A DNA stretch of 64,000 nt from Acidobacteriota bacterium. GTDB lineage: Bacteria; Acidobacteriota; UBA6911; RPQK01; JADFOI01. Shown piece by piece: positions 9,303-20,003 of the stretch. Position numbers and translations under genes: made by a program. The DNA is taken from positions 2,944,001 to 3,008,000 of the forward strand of contig OY760074.1 in NCBI GenBank assembly GCA_963663035.1, read 5' to 3'. The notes under the pieces are model-generated. The model saw nothing but the letters and a program-made list of their open reading frames with translations, was not told the DNA's origin and ran no database searches. Numbering within the stretch: the stretch's first letter is position 1; every line of letters begins with the position of its first letter.

Positions 9303-10941
9303 CCCGGATTATTCATAAATTCTGAAGAAGGGGTCTGATCGAGGGCACAAAAAGATGCCGTACCTCTTTGATATAAAAGGGGTTATGAAACAACTCCAAA
9401 CCAAAAAGGTACGGCCCAGCGATGCATCAGTCTGCCAGATCAACTTGCCATCTCACCCTGACAGAAAAGTGGTGGCTCGATTCGATGGAGGCCGGCTCTC
9501 CTCCGATGCCGGGCTGCTGTGTCTGTACGCCCTGGATCAACAGCACGGACTGACGGCTGGCTTTGCCTCCTGCCTGAAGGACGCTCGAGATAGCCGCTAC
9601 GTCCGCCACCAGATTCGCGAACTGCTCACCCAGCGCAGCTTTCAGATCGTGGCCGGCTATGAGGACTGCAACGATGCCGACAGCTTGCGCTCGGATCCCA
9701 TCTTCAAGACCGTGTGTGATCGGCTGCCGGAAAGCGATCCGGATCTGGCTTCTCAACCCACGCTGTCGCGACTGGAGAACTCGGTGGACTCGAAGGATCT
9801 CACTCGCCTGGGACAGTGGCTGCTGGAGACCTACTTGAAGCACCGCAAGAAGAGCCGGCCCGAGAAGATCATCCTGGACATCGACAGCACGGATGACGTC
9901 ACGCATGGGCAGCAGGAGTTCAGCTTTTACCACGGCTATTATCGCGAGCACATGTATCATCCGCTGTTGCTATTCGATGGCGAGACGGGCGATCTGGTAT
10001 GTGCGCTACTGCGGCCCGGCAACCAGGGGGCGGCCGCCCACGCGGTGGCGGTTCTCAAACGGGTGGTGGCCCGGATGCGCCAGGTTCTGGGATCCGATGT
10101 TCCGATCGAAGTGCGAGCCGACAGTGGCTTTGCGACGCCGGCACTGTACGAGTTCTGTGAGGAGGAAAAACTGCAGTATGTGGTGGGCTTTGCCCGCAAC
10201 TCCCGGCTGGCGGCCACCGTCGAGCCCTTGGTTGAGCAGGTGCAAGCAGACTATGACGACTCAGGAGAAAAGCAACGCCAGTTCACCGAGCTCGTCTATC
10301 AGGCCGACAGTTGGGACCGGGAGCGGCGCATGGTGGCCAAGGTGGAAGTGAGCGAGCGCGGGTTCAACCGTCGCTTTGTGGTCACCAACCGCCAGGATCT
10401 CACGGCCGGGCAGCTGTATGACCACTACATCGGACGGGGCCAGTGCGAGAACTTCGTGAAAGCTTTCAAAAAAGATCTGGCCATGGATCGCTTGAGCTGC
10501 CACCGTTTCCTGGCCAACCAGTTCCGACTCTTCATCCACGCCCTGGCCTATGTCTTAATCCTGCGCCTGCGGGATTACCTGTGCGGGACTCCCTGGCACA
10601 ACCTGGAGATTGAGACGCTCCGCCGCCGCCTGTTCAAAATCGGTGCCCGGGTTCGGGAAACTTCTCGTCGCATCTGGGTGCACCTGGCATCGTCTTATCC
10701 CGAACAAAAGCTCTTCGCATTACTGATGCACCGTCTGTGTCCCACCTGACGGTCCCCTGACTCCCTGCGCCAACACAGATATACAGCCCCCTGCGGGCCG
10801 AGCTGTTTCCGGAAGGGGCTCTCGCTTCATCTCTATTCGGCTCAACAAGCTTGGACGCCTTGTAATCGCACCTGAACACACTCTCAGCCCTGAACTTCCG
10901 CAGAAAATCGACACTCACCCCAAACTTATGAATAATTGCGG
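9303..10941 (+). mobile_element. IS1380-family insertion sequence, copy 2
   Basis: Inverted near-identical copy of 4912-6550; CTAG at 9299-9302 and 10942-10945. Confidence 0.95.
9355..10749 (+). CDS. IS1380-family DDE transposase
   Basis: Protein identical to 5104..6498. Confidence 0.95.
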   Translation: MPYLFDIKGVMKQLQTKKVRPSDASVCQINLPSHPDRKVVARFDGGRLSSDAGLLCLYALDQQHGLTAGFASCLKDARDSRYVRHQIRELLTQRSFQIVAGYEDCNDADSLRSDPIFKTVCDRLPESDPDLASQPTLSRLENSVDSKDLTRLGQWLLETYLKHRKKSRPEKIILDIDSTDDVTHGQQEFSFYHGYYREHMYHPLLLFDGETGDLVCALLRPGNQGAAAHAVAVLKRVVARMRQVLGSDVPIEVRADSGFATPALYEFCEEEKLQYVVGFARNSRLAATVEPLVEQVQADYDDSGEKQRQFTELVYQADSWDRERRMVAKVEVSERGFNRRFVVTNRQDLTAGQLYDHYIGRGQCENFVKAFKKDLAMDRLSCHRFLANQFRLFIHALAYVLILRLRDYLCGTPWHNLEIETLRRRLFKIGARVRETSRRIWVHLASSYPEQKLFALLMHRLCPT

Positions 10942-11010
10942 CTAGTTCTCTCCCTCAATGTGTGGGCTACGCATAACCTGCCCTTCCCACCTTTCCACTC
11001 TTTTAGGAAG

Positions 11011-12021
11011 TTATCCGCCTATATACGACATTTCGACCTTGGGAAGGGCCGAGGTTTCCGAGGCGCGGATTTCGGAATAGCGGTCCATGCGAGTCCCCCA
11101 GATCGAGGCCACAACCTGGGAAATCTCTTCATCGGAAGTCCCACTCCGGAGCAGTTTCCTCAGGTCGTGTCCCTTGGTGGCGAAAAGACACGTATAAAGA
11201 AAGCCGTCTGCCGAGAGCCGGGCCCGAGTACAGTCCCTGCAGAAGGGTTGGGTCACTGAGGAGATGAGGCCGATCTCGCCACTTCCATCCCGGTATCGCC
11301 ACCTCCTGGCCACTTCTCCTCGATAGGCTGAGTCAATAGGCTCCAGCGGCAGTTCCTTATCAATCTTTTTGATGATCTGGAAGCCAGGAACCACATCATC
11401 AAGACACCAGCCGTTGGTGGTGCCAACATCCATGTACTCGACAAAACGCAAAATGAGCCCGCTATCTCGGAAGTGCTTCGCCATGGGTAAAATGCTGGCC
11501 TCATTGACGCCCCGTTTGACCACCATGTTGACCTTGATGGGAGCAAGTCCGGCATCCTTGGCGGCTTCAATTCCCTCCAGCACTCTTTCCACAGGAAAGT
11601 TCACGCCGTTCATGGAAGCGAAGATCTCGTTATCGAGCGAGTCAAGGCTGACGGTGACCCGCTTCAGCCCGGCCTTCTTCAGCCCCTGGGCTTTCTCAGC
11701 CAGCAGCCCACCGTTGGTGGTCAGGGCCAACTCCAGGCCCGGCATTCCGGCCAGTTTCTCGACCAACTTTTCGAGTTCACGGCGCAGCAGCGGCTCGCCT
11801 CCGGTGAGACGAATCTTCTTCACGCCGTGCTCCACAAAGACGCGGGCCAGGCGATCGATCTCTTCAAAGCTCAGGAGTTCCTCCCGTTTCAGGAACTCAT
11901 AGTCGCGGCCGAAAATCTCCTGAGGCATGCAATAACTACAGCGAAAACTACAGCGATCGGTTACTGAGACGCGGAGATCATGCAGCGGGCGATCCAGTGT
12001 GTCGTTGATCTTCAAACTCAT
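11011..12021 (-). CDS. moaA: GTP 3',8-cyclase
   Basis: CSFRCSYC radical SAM motif, [10 protein letters not shown]...YTCLF, C-terminal IGG. Confidence 0.96.
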   Translation of the reverse strand: MSLKINDTLDRPLHDLRVSVTDRCSFRCSYCMPQEIFGRDYEFLKREELLSFEEIDRLARVFVEHGVKKIRLTGGEPLLRRELEKLVEKLAGMPGLELALTTNGGLLAEKAQGLKKAGLKRVTVSLDSLDNEIFASMNGVNFPVERVLEGIEAAKDAGLAPIKVNMVVKRGVNEASILPMAKHFRDSGLILRFVEYMDVGTTNGWCLDDVVPGFQIIKKIDKELPLEPIDSAYRGEVARRWRYRDGSGEIGLISSVTQPFCRDCTRARLSADGFLYTCLFATKGHDLRKLLRSGTSDEEISQVVASIWGTRMDRYSEIRASETSALPKVEMSYIGG

Positions 12022-12074
12022 CTGCAATCCAGTATACTTCCCCTGCCTCCGATTTGGCGAGTAGTCTAGACGCG

Positions 12075-12797
12075 ATGATTGGCTTTAGAGAAGTCCTCTT
12101 GATCCTGGTGGTTCTCCTTGTGGTGCTCTATTCTCGAGCTTTCCGCGTAGTGGGAATTAGGAAGTCACTTGGATTGGAACCCACGACACAAAAGGACGAG
12201 ATCCGAGTGGGAGCATCCTGGCTTTCGGACATGGCAAAACAACAAACCATTGAACCGGAAGTGGACGCACGAGTCGCCAACATCTTGAGCAAGTTCAAAG
12301 CGACTAACTATCTGACATTTAAGAAGTATAAGGTCTTCCGTCTGGATTCAGTGGAGATCAACGCCATGGCATTACCCGGTGCTCACATCCTGCTCACCAA
12401 GGGTTTAATGAATCTGCAGACAGCTTCAGAGGAGCAACTGGCGGGAATTTTAGCCCATGAAATTGGGCACGTAGAATTGGGGCATTGCCGGAAGGCCTTG
12501 ATTCGAAAGAATCGCACCAAGGCGTTACAGCTCGTCCTATCTCTGGCCAACCGGAGCCCCGGCACCACCGCCTTAATCGTCGAGCATTTGGCAAAGCTCG
12601 GTATCAGCAGAGAAGCCGAACTGGAAGCGGATGACTTTGCTGTGGACTTGCTCTTGAAATCCCGTTATTCCCCTTCAGGCTTAATGCAGTTTCTGGAAAG
12701 AGCAAAACAAATGAACCGCATTCCCGAGTGGCTGACCTTTCTCAGTACCCATCCCGGGACTGAGGAGAGGATTGAAAGACTGGGCCGAAAACTCTAA
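12075..12797 (+). CDS. M48 family metallopeptidase
   Basis: NAMALPG, LAHEIGH, ELEAD and STHP motifs. Confidence 0.9.
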   Translation: MIGFREVLLILVVLLVVLYSRAFRVVGIRKSLGLEPTTQKDEIRVGASWLSDMAKQQTIEPEVDARVANILSKFKATNYLTFKKYKVFRLDSVEINAMALPGAHILLTKGLMNLQTASEEQLAGILAHEIGHVELGHCRKALIRKNRTKALQLVLSLANRSPGTTALIVEHLAKLGISREAELEADDFAVDLLLKSRYSPSGLMQFLERAKQMNRIPEWLTFLSTHPGTEERIERLGRKL

Positions 12798-12852
12798 CTC
12801 ATGAGCGGAAGAAAAGAGGGGTAGTCCCGTGGGGCCCCGTCCTTTTCTTTCC

Positions 12853-12884
12853 TTGACAGGAAACTATAAATACTATTATAGTTT
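12853..12884 (+). promoter_or_regulatory. Promoter with overlapping palindromic operator (probable TetR site)
   Basis: TTGACA at 12853; AAACTATA-N8-TATAGTTT 12861-12884 directly before the TetR gene. Confidence 0.65.
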
Positions 12885-12895
12885 TATTAGTTTAC

Positions 12896-13510
12896 ATGGC
12901 CAGCGCTGTTGAAGTCCGAAATCGCATCTTGGAAGTGGCACGAGAACAGTTTTTCAGTCTCGGTTTCACGAAGGTCACCATGGATGAAATTGCTCACGAA
13001 CTGGGGATGAGCAAGAGAACCCTTTACCAGCACTTCCCGGGGAAAAAGGACTTGCTGCGCAAGGCCTTACTCAACAAGGCCCAACGGATCTCAGAAGGTT
13101 TGGGGAAGATCATTGATGGTGATCAGGCCCATTTCGGCAGGAAGCTGGAGCAGGCATTGACCTTCGTGGCCACAGAAATGCCGCATCTCAGCCCCATCTT
13201 TCTTCGTGATATTCAGCGGCACGCCCCCGACGTGTGGCAGGAACTGGATCAGCGCAGACAGGAGACCATCCGCACTCGCTTCGGCAAACTGATCAGGGAA
13301 GGCATCAAAGCAGGATTCCTCAGAAAGGACATCGAGGCTGAGCTGCTGGTTCTTTTATTCTCGACCTTGGTCCAAAACGTCATGAATCCACAAACCCTGT
13401 CGCGGCTTCCACTGACCGCTTCCCAGGCCTTTGCAGTCATCAGTGGGGTTTTATTCGAAGGTATTCTCACGGATAAGGGACGAGCAAGATCTCGGGAGAA
13501 GGAGTCTTAA
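12896..13510 (+). CDS. TetR/AcrR family regulator
   Basis: VTMDEIAHELGMSKRTLYQHF helix-turn-helix. Confidence 0.93.
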   Translation: MASAVEVRNRILEVAREQFFSLGFTKVTMDEIAHELGMSKRTLYQHFPGKKDLLRKALLNKAQRISEGLGKIIDGDQAHFGRKLEQALTFVATEMPHLSPIFLRDIQRHAPDVWQELDQRRQETIRTRFGKLIREGIKAGFLRKDIEAELLVLLFSTLVQNVMNPQTLSRLPLTASQAFAVISGVLFEGILTDKGRARSREKES

Positions 13511-14836
13511 ATGCGGAGTCTGCGCTTGATTCTGGTCCTGGCAGGCATCTGGAGCATCTCAAACAGTCCGGTAAGGGCTTCTGATCTCGCCCTCAGCCTC
13601 AAGGAAGCCGTTGAGTGGGCGCTCTCTGGAGAGGGCAGTGCCGACGTACAAATGGCCCAGGAGCTCATTCTTGAGATTGAGGCTCGTTCCAGGCAATCAC
13701 GGGCGGAACTGCTCCCCCATCTGGAGGCTTCCATCGGGCAGCAGGAGCAAACTCGTAATCTGGAGGCCATCGGCCTGCGCGCCTCCAACAACTTTCGGCC
13801 CCCCACCCTGGTGGGTCCCTTTTCGACCTTTGATGCGCGAGCCAGTCTGACTCAATCGATCTTCAATCTCAGTTCAACCCGTCGCTTTCAGGCTTCAAGA
13901 TCGGCTGTCCTAGCTGCAAAAAGCGAAGAGGAAAACGTCCAGGATAAGGTAGCATCTCAGGTGGCTCGATCCTATCTGGAGGCGCTTCGCAACCGGGCCC
14001 GACTGGATGCAGCCAGAGCCAACCTTGATTTGGCCGTTGCACTGGCTAATCTGGCGGAAAGTCAGAGGGCGGCCGGTACCGGGACTAGAATCGAGGTGAC
14101 GCGAGCACAGGTTCAACTCTCGAATGAACAGCAACAGGCCCTGGCGGCTGAGCACGCCTACCAACAATCTTTGTTGAGGCTTGTGAAGCTGATCGGACTC
14201 CCCATGGATGTGAACCTGACCTTGACCGAGAGTTTGAGCTATCTGCTCGTTGAGATTGAAAGTCCGAGCGAGGCCATAGCCATCGCTCTTCGCTCCCGTC
14301 CCGATCTGCGAGCCCGCCAACAGAGAGAACAACAAGCCACTCTCAACGACCGCGCCACCCAGTCGGAACGATTTCCCTCCATCTCGGGTTTTGCCGGTTA
14401 CGGGACGATCGGTTCCAGCATCAGCAATACCATCCCGACATGGGATCTGGGCATCTCCCTTCAGCTGCCCCTTTTTGATGGGGGAGGGTTTAACGCCCGT
14501 CGAGCCGAATCTTCGTCGAAACTTCGGCAGGAGCGGATTGAAGGGCAGGACCTGAGCCGTCAGATCGAACTGGAGGTTCGCCTGGCCCTGGCCGGTCTCC
14601 GTCTGGCCGAGGAGCAAATCAAAGTAGCAGAAGAGGGCTTGCAACTGGCCCAGCAGGAACTGGAGCAGGGCCGTCGTCGATATCAGTCCGGCATCACCAC
14701 CAATATTGAGGTCACCGACGCGCAGGCCCGTTTGGCCCGAGCCAAGGAAAACCAGATCTCCGCTTCGTACAACCACAACTTTGAACGGGTCAACCTGGCT
14801 GAGGCCATGGGCACGATACGGAGCATGATCCAATGA
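13511..14836 (+). CDS. TolC-family outer membrane efflux protein
   Basis: Signal peptide, two OEP repeats (SRPDL, LPLFDGG). Confidence 0.9.
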   Translation: MRSLRLILVLAGIWSISNSPVRASDLALSLKEAVEWALSGEGSADVQMAQELILEIEARSRQSRAELLPHLEASIGQQEQTRNLEAIGLRASNNFRPPTLVGPFSTFDARASLTQSIFNLSSTRRFQASRSAVLAAKSEEENVQDKVASQVARSYLEALRNRARLDAARANLDLAVALANLAESQRAAGTGTRIEVTRAQVQLSNEQQQALAAEHAYQQSLLRLVKLIGLPMDVNLTLTESLSYLLVEIESPSEAIAIALRSRPDLRARQQREQQATLNDRATQSERFPSISGFAGYGTIGSSISNTIPTWDLGISLQLPLFDGGGFNARRAESSSKLRQERIEGQDLSRQIELEVRLALAGLRLAEEQIKVAEEGLQLAQQELEQGRRRYQSGITTNIEVTDAQARLARAKENQISASYNHNFERVNLAEAMGTIRSMIQ

Positions 14837-16035
14837 TGTCTCAAACAAAGAAAAGAGTCCTTCCGATCCTCTTGCTGATGGTGGTCTTGGGACTGGTTTC
14901 CTTCCTGTGGTGGGATGGGACCGGGGAAGAGGGGCCTGACATCTTCCTCTCTGGAAACATCGAGCTCACCACAATGAAGCTGGCCTTCACCGTTCCCGGG
15001 AGGCTGATCGAACTGAACGTTGAGGAGGGCAACGCAGTGAAGAAAGGAATGATCATTGCTCGCCTTGAACAACAACAGTTACTCCGCCAACGCGAGCAAG
15101 CTCTAGCCGCACTCGCCTCCGCCCAGTCACGGCTGGCAGAGCTGGAAGCCTTCCTTCAGTATCAGACGGAAAACGTCGAAGCTCAGATCGAGCAGCGGCG
15201 TGCCGAATTGATGCTGGCCCGCGCTACCCTGGAAGAAGTCCTCTCGGGGTCCAGAGTGCAGGAGATCGCCGAGGCGCGGGCGGTGCTTGAGCGGGTCCAG
15301 ACAGAACAGGAAAAAGCCAGGCGAGACTGGGAAAGGGCGGAAACTCTTTATGAGAAGGAAGACATCTCCACTTCACAATATGACCAGTACCAAGCCGCTT
15401 TTGAAGCCGCTGGCGCCTCGGTGAGGCAGGCTGAACAACGTCTGGCCCTCCTCATTGAGGGTCCTCGTCAAGAGAACATTCAAGCTGCCCGCGCCCAAGT
15501 GGCTCGAGCCGAGGCCGGACTGAGGCTAGCCGAGTCTCTCCGTCTGGATATCCAGAGAAACCGACAGGGGCTCGAGACGGCCCGGGCTGAGATCCAGGGA
15601 TCCAACGCCCAGGTCGGTTTCATTGACGCTCAACTGGAAGAAATGGTCGCTGTATCTCCTATTGATGGTGTCGTTTTTGTAAAGACAGCCGAAGTCGGCG
15701 AGGTGCTGGCAGCCGGGACTCCCGTGGTTGAGATTGGAGACCTGGATCATCCCTGGCTGCGAGGCTATATCGGTGAAGAGGACTTGGGCCGGGTCAAACT
15801 CGACGCCCAGGTGAAGGTCACCACCGATTCTTTTCCGGGTAAGGTCTATCCAGGTCGGGTCTCTTTTATCTCCTCGGAGGCCGAATTCACACCCAAGCAG
15901 ATTCAGACCACCAGCGAGCGGGTCAAATTGGTCTACCGCATCAAGATAGAAGTCTCCAATCCCGATCACGAACTGAAGCTCAACATGCCATCGGATGCCG
16001 AAATCCTGCTGCAAGAGACTGGAGCAGGGGAATGA
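14833..16035 (+). CDS. HlyD-family membrane fusion protein (YbhG-like)
   Basis: TM anchor, coiled coil, AEFTPKQIQT motif. Confidence 0.92.
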   Translation: MMSQTKKRVLPILLLMVVLGLVSFLWWDGTGEEGPDIFLSGNIELTTMKLAFTVPGRLIELNVEEGNAVKKGMIIARLEQQQLLRQREQALAALASAQSRLAELEAFLQYQTENVEAQIEQRRAELMLARATLEEVLSGSRVQEIAEARAVLERVQTEQEKARRDWERAETLYEKEDISTSQYDQYQAAFEAAGASVRQAEQRLALLIEGPRQENIQAARAQVARAEAGLRLAESLRLDIQRNRQGLETARAEIQGSNAQVGFIDAQLEEMVAVSPIDGVVFVKTAEVGEVLAAGTPVVEIGDLDHPWLRGYIGEEDLGRVKLDAQVKVTTDSFPGKVYPGRVSFISSEAEFTPKQIQTTSERVKLVYRIKIEVSNPDHELKLNMPSDAEILLQETGAGE

Positions 16036-16976
16036 ACAGAGAACCGCTCATCGCCTGTACCGAAAACCTCACATGCCGCTTCCAGACCCTCACGGCTGTC
16101 GATCGACTCAACCTGAGCATTTCTCGCGGTGAGATCTTTGGATTGGTTGGCCCCGACGGTGCCGGGAAAACAACGACTCTGCGTCTCCTGTGCGGTCTGA
16201 TCGAGCCAACCGAAGGCACCGCCCAGGTGGTGGGCTACGATGTTTCACGGAATCCAGAGAAAATCAGAGACCGGATTGGCTACATGGCCCAGCGCTTCGG
16301 TCTTTATCAGGATCTGACCGTCCAGGAGAACATGGTTTTCTATGCTGATCTCTATGGTCTAGCCCGGGATCAGCGCCAGCAGCTGATGGAGTTGCTGCTC
16401 AAAATGACCCGAATGGAACCTTTCCGGAAAAGACAGGCAGGGAAGCTTTCCGGTGGCATGAAACAGAAACTTGCTCTCATGTGCACACTACTGCATCAGC
16501 CGGAAATTCTCTTTCTGGATGAGCCGACCACCGGGCTCGATCCGGTGTCACGCCGTGATCTTTGGGAGATCCTCTATCAGCTGGTCAAGGATGGAGTGAC
16601 GATTTTCGTCACCACTGCCTATCTGGACGAGGCGGAGCGCTGTAATCGGGTGGGACTGATGTACAAGGGAAAGCTGATCCGGTGCGATGCACCCGAGGCC
16701 TTACAGACAGAACTCCAGGAGGTCTGCTATGCAGTGCACTCTTCCAACCCAAGGGCGGCCAGAAAGTTTCTCTCAACCTCCAGAGGTGTCTTGAGCGTGG
16801 AGTTTGCGGGAGCAGTCCTGCATCTTTTCCTCTCGCCCTCCAGTGTGTCACCGGCAGAGCTTGAAAAGTCGCTGGAGGAAGCCGGCTGCGGGCCAGCCCA
16901 GCTCACACCCATTAAACCCTCCCTGGAAGATGTCTATATCGCACTGGTCCGGAAGCAGTCCCGGGAGGCCGCATGA
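16032..16976 (+). CDS. ABC transporter ATPase (YbhF-like)
   Basis: GPDGAGKT, LSGGMKQ and LDEP motifs. Confidence 0.93.
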   Translation: MNREPLIACTENLTCRFQTLTAVDRLNLSISRGEIFGLVGPDGAGKTTTLRLLCGLIEPTEGTAQVVGYDVSRNPEKIRDRIGYMAQRFGLYQDLTVQENMVFYADLYGLARDQRQQLMELLLKMTRMEPFRKRQAGKLSGGMKQKLALMCTLLHQPEILFLDEPTTGLDPVSRRDLWEILYQLVKDGVTIFVTTAYLDEAERCNRVGLMYKGKLIRCDAPEALQTELQEVCYAVHSSNPRAARKFLSTSRGVLSVEFAGAVLHLFLSPSSVSPAELEKSLEEAGCGPAQLTPIKPSLEDVYIALVRKQSREAA

Positions 16977-17716
16977 GTGCTCAGCTCAGCGTGCAAGTGG
17001 ACAATCTCATGAAGAGATTCGGTGACTTTGTGGCGGTGGACCATATCACCTTCAAGGTAGAAAAGGGTGAGATCTTTGGCTTTTTAGGTTCCAATGGTGC
17101 CGGTAAATCCACCACCATTCGAATGCTCTGTGGATTACTGCGTCCATCTGGAGGAAGCGCCTGGGTGGAAGGATTCGACGTGTTTACACAGAGCGAGGAC
17201 ATAAAGCAAAACATCGGCTACATGTCCCAACGGTTTTCTCTTTATGATGAATTAACGGTTGAAGAGAACATCGACTTTTTCAGCGGAATTTACGGCACGC
17301 CCAGAGGCTCACGCCGACAGCTCAAGCAAGAGGTGCTGGAAATGGCAGGGCTTGAGAAACAACAGAAAACCATGACCCATCTGCTGCCGGGTGGTTGGAA
17401 GCAGCGCTTGGCCTTGGGCTGTGCAATTTTACATCGGCCACCGATTTTGTTCCTGGATGAACCGACTTCAGGAGTCGACCCCATCGCCCGCCGCCAGTTT
17501 TGGGAACTGATCTACCAGCTCTCCGAGAGTGGGCACACCATATTCGTCACCACCCACTACATGGATGAGGCTGAGTACTGCCATCGTCTGGCCCTGATGC
17601 ATGAGGGCCGAATTGTCGCCCTGGACACTCCCAGAGCTCTCCGCAAGGCTTACCGATCACAAAGCCTGGATGACGTCTTTGCCGCTATGATCAAAGAACA
17701 GGAGCAAGAGTCTTGA
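16973..17716 (+). CDS. ABC transporter ATPase (YbhF-like)
   Basis: GSNGAGKS, LPGGWKQ and LDEP motifs. Confidence 0.93.
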   Translation: MSAQLSVQVDNLMKRFGDFVAVDHITFKVEKGEIFGFLGSNGAGKSTTIRMLCGLLRPSGGSAWVEGFDVFTQSEDIKQNIGYMSQRFSLYDELTVEENIDFFSGIYGTPRGSRRQLKQEVLEMAGLEKQQKTMTHLLPGGWKQRLALGCAILHRPPILFLDEPTSGVDPIARRQFWELIYQLSESGHTIFVTTHYMDEAEYCHRLALMHEGRIVALDTPRALRKAYRSQSLDDVFAAMIKEQEQES

Positions 17717-18834
17717 GTTTAGTTCGCATCCGCGCGGTGGCTCGCAAGGAGCTTCTCCACATCTGGCGGGATGTGCGCAGTCTGATCATCTCTCTACTGT
17801 TGCCGGTCTTGATGCTTCTGCTGTTCGGATACGCCCTCAACCTCGATGTGGACCAGATCCCTACTCTGATTTACGATTCCGATGAAAGTCCGCAAAGCCG
17901 AGCGCTTATCGCACGCTTTGAGGGGTCCCGATATTTTCAAGTCTTGGGTTCAGTGGAAGATTACCAAACCATAGAAGACTGGATCGACCGTGATGAATGT
18001 TTGATCGGTGTGGTGATCCCCAAGGATTTCGCCCGCAACCTCCTCACGGGAAGACAGGCCCAGGTACAGTTGTTGGTCGATGGCAGCGACTCCAACACCG
18101 CCTCAATAGGCCTTGGATATGCTGAGGCCATCTTGGCCAATCATGCCTCGGCTCTGCAAAGCCAAAGGAGTGGAGAGGCCCTTTCCCTGCCAGTAGAAGC
18201 TCGGTTGCGCGTGTGGTACAACAGCGACCTGGAATCCAAGAACTACATCGTCCCGGGACTGCTGGCGGTCATTCTGATGATCATCTCCGCCTTGCTCACC
18301 TCCCTGACGATTGCCCGAGAGTGGGAAATGGGAACCATGGAGCAGCTGCTCTCCACCCCCCTGAGACCGGCTGAGCTGGTATTGGGCAAAATGTCCGCCT
18401 ATTTTGCTGTCGGCGCAATCGATACCGCGGTCGTCATTGTGGTCGCGGTGACCATTTTCCAGGTTCCGCTGAGGGGAAGTGTGTTCTTCCTGGCTGCCAC
18501 ATGTTTTGTGTTCCTCTTTGGGGCTCTTTGCTGGGGGATTTTGCTTTCTGCCATGGCCAGTTCCCAGTTAATGGCCTATCAGCTGGGCATGACGACATCC
18601 TTTCTGCCCACTTTCCTCCTCTCGGGCTTTATTTACGCTATCGAGAACATGCCCGTGCCCATTCAGCTCTTTACCTATCTGGTGCCTGCGCGCTACTTCA
18701 TCAACATTTTGAGGGGAATCTTTCTCAAAGGGATTGGTTTTGAATTCCTGGCGGTGGAGGTGGTCTTTCTCACGGCCTTTGCCACCCTGGTTTTTCTGGC
18801 GGCAACACGGAAAGTTAAGCGGAAGGTAGCTTAG
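17713..18834 (+). CDS. ABC-2 permease (YbhS-like)
   Basis: DGSDSN, AREWEMGTMEQLL, TM pattern. Confidence 0.92.
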   Translation: MSLVRIRAVARKELLHIWRDVRSLIISLLLPVLMLLLFGYALNLDVDQIPTLIYDSDESPQSRALIARFEGSRYFQVLGSVEDYQTIEDWIDRDECLIGVVIPKDFARNLLTGRQAQVQLLVDGSDSNTASIGLGYAEAILANHASALQSQRSGEALSLPVEARLRVWYNSDLESKNYIVPGLLAVILMIISALLTSLTIAREWEMGTMEQLLSTPLRPAELVLGKMSAYFAVGAIDTAVVIVVAVTIFQVPLRGSVFFLAATCFVFLFGALCWGILLSAMASSQLMAYQLGMTTSFLPTFLLSGFIYAIENMPVPIQLFTYLVPARYFINILRGIFLKGIGFEFLAVEVVFLTAFATLVFLAATRKVKRKVA

Positions 18835-20003
18835 TGCCTCGCTTCAAAAATAAGATGTGGAGACGTATTCGCGAAATTGTCAGGAAAGAAATCCTTCAGA
18901 CCTTGAGAGAGCCCCGGATGCGTGTTCTCCTCTTCTTGCCACCCATCCTTCAGCTGATCATCTTCGGTTACGCGGTGAACCTGGACGTGGAAAACAGTCC
19001 GATCGCCTGGATGGATCAGGACCGTACGCCAGAGAGCCGGGAACTGCTGTCTGACTTCGAGGGATCACGCCATTTCCGAGTGACCCGAACCCCCAGTCGG
19101 GAGGACGAGGTTCAGGAGCTGCTGGACCGAGCAGAGGTCCAGGCAGTCGTCCGCGTCTTTCCGGGCTTCGGTCGGGATATCCGCCGGGGAGAAAGGACGC
19201 ATGTCCAGATTCTGGTTGACGGCACAAATTCCAACAGCGCCTCCATCGTCTCCAACTCAGCCACCCAGGTTGTGGCCCGCTATGCTGCCCGCATCCAGGG
19301 AGAGCGCCGAAAAGTCCAGTTCACGGCATCTCGCGCCAGTCCGGCCGGTCTGAAGGGTCCTCTCTTATCGGTCCAGAGTCGGATCTGGTTTAACGTTGAT
19401 TTGCGAAGTCAGAATTATTACGTCCCAGGTGTGGTTGTGAACATCATCGCCCTGGTGACCTTGATGCTCACGGCTATGGCCATCGTTCGCGAGAAGGAGA
19501 TTGGCACCATGGAACAGCTCATGGTCACGCCCATTCGACCCGTTGAACTAATACTGGGCAAGACGCTTCCTTTTGCTGCCATTGGACTCCTGGAGGTCGT
19601 CCTGGTGACAAGTGCAGCCTTGTTGATCTTTAAGATACCCTTTCGAGGAAGCTTTGTGCTGCTACTGGGGTGTGCAGCCGCATTCTTGTTGAGCTCCTTG
19701 GGTACCGGTCTATTGATCTCAACTGTTTCCAAAACTCAACAGCAGGCCATGATGGCATCGTTTTTCTTTTTCATGCCCGCCTTCATGCTCAGCGGCTTCG
19801 CCTTTCCCATTCGTAATATGCCACTGGCAGTTCAGTACCTGACTTACCTGAATCCGGTGCGCTACTTCATGGAGATTGTGCGTGGCATCTTCCTCAAGGG
19901 CATCGGGCTGGCTGTCCTTTGGCCTCAGATCCTGGCCTTACTCCTGTTAGGCACTGCTCTGGTTGGCCTGAGCGTCCTTCGCTTTCAAAAGCGCCTCGAC
20001 TAG
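18834..20003 (+). CDS. ABC-2 permease (YbhR-like)
   Basis: VREKEIGTMEQLMVTP, TM pattern. Confidence 0.92.
   Translation: MPRFKNKMWRRIREIVRKEILQTLREPRMRVLLFLPPILQLIIFGYAVNLDVENSPIAWMDQDRTPESRELLSDFEGSRHFRVTRTPSREDEVQELLDRAEVQAVVRVFPGFGRDIRRGERTHVQILVDGTNSNSASIVSNSATQVVARYAARIQGERRKVQFTASRASPAGLKGPLLSVQSRIWFNVDLRSQNYYVPGVVVNIIALVTLMLTAMAIVREKEIGTMEQLMVTPIRPVELILGKTLPFAAIGLLEVVLVTSAALLIFKIPFRGSFVLLLGCAAAFLLSSLGTGLLISTVSKTQQQAMMASFFFFMPAFMLSGFAFPIRNMPLAVQYLTYLNPVRYFMEIVRGIFLKGIGLAVLWPQILALLLLGTALVGLSVLRFQKRLD

Larger units (their letters stand above)
9271..11004 (+). ncRNA. Candidate small RNA interrupted by IS1380 copy 2 (halves 9271-9302 and 10946-11004)
   Basis: Left flank AGGGTGGGTAGGG pairs with right flank CCCTTCCCACCTT once the IS is removed; ends in a T run. 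Confidence 0.45.

Noticed and set aside
10750-10941. 192-nt non-coding tail of IS1380 as a guide-type RNA
   Set aside because: Only short stems are visible, and the DDE transposase has no associated nuclease gene.
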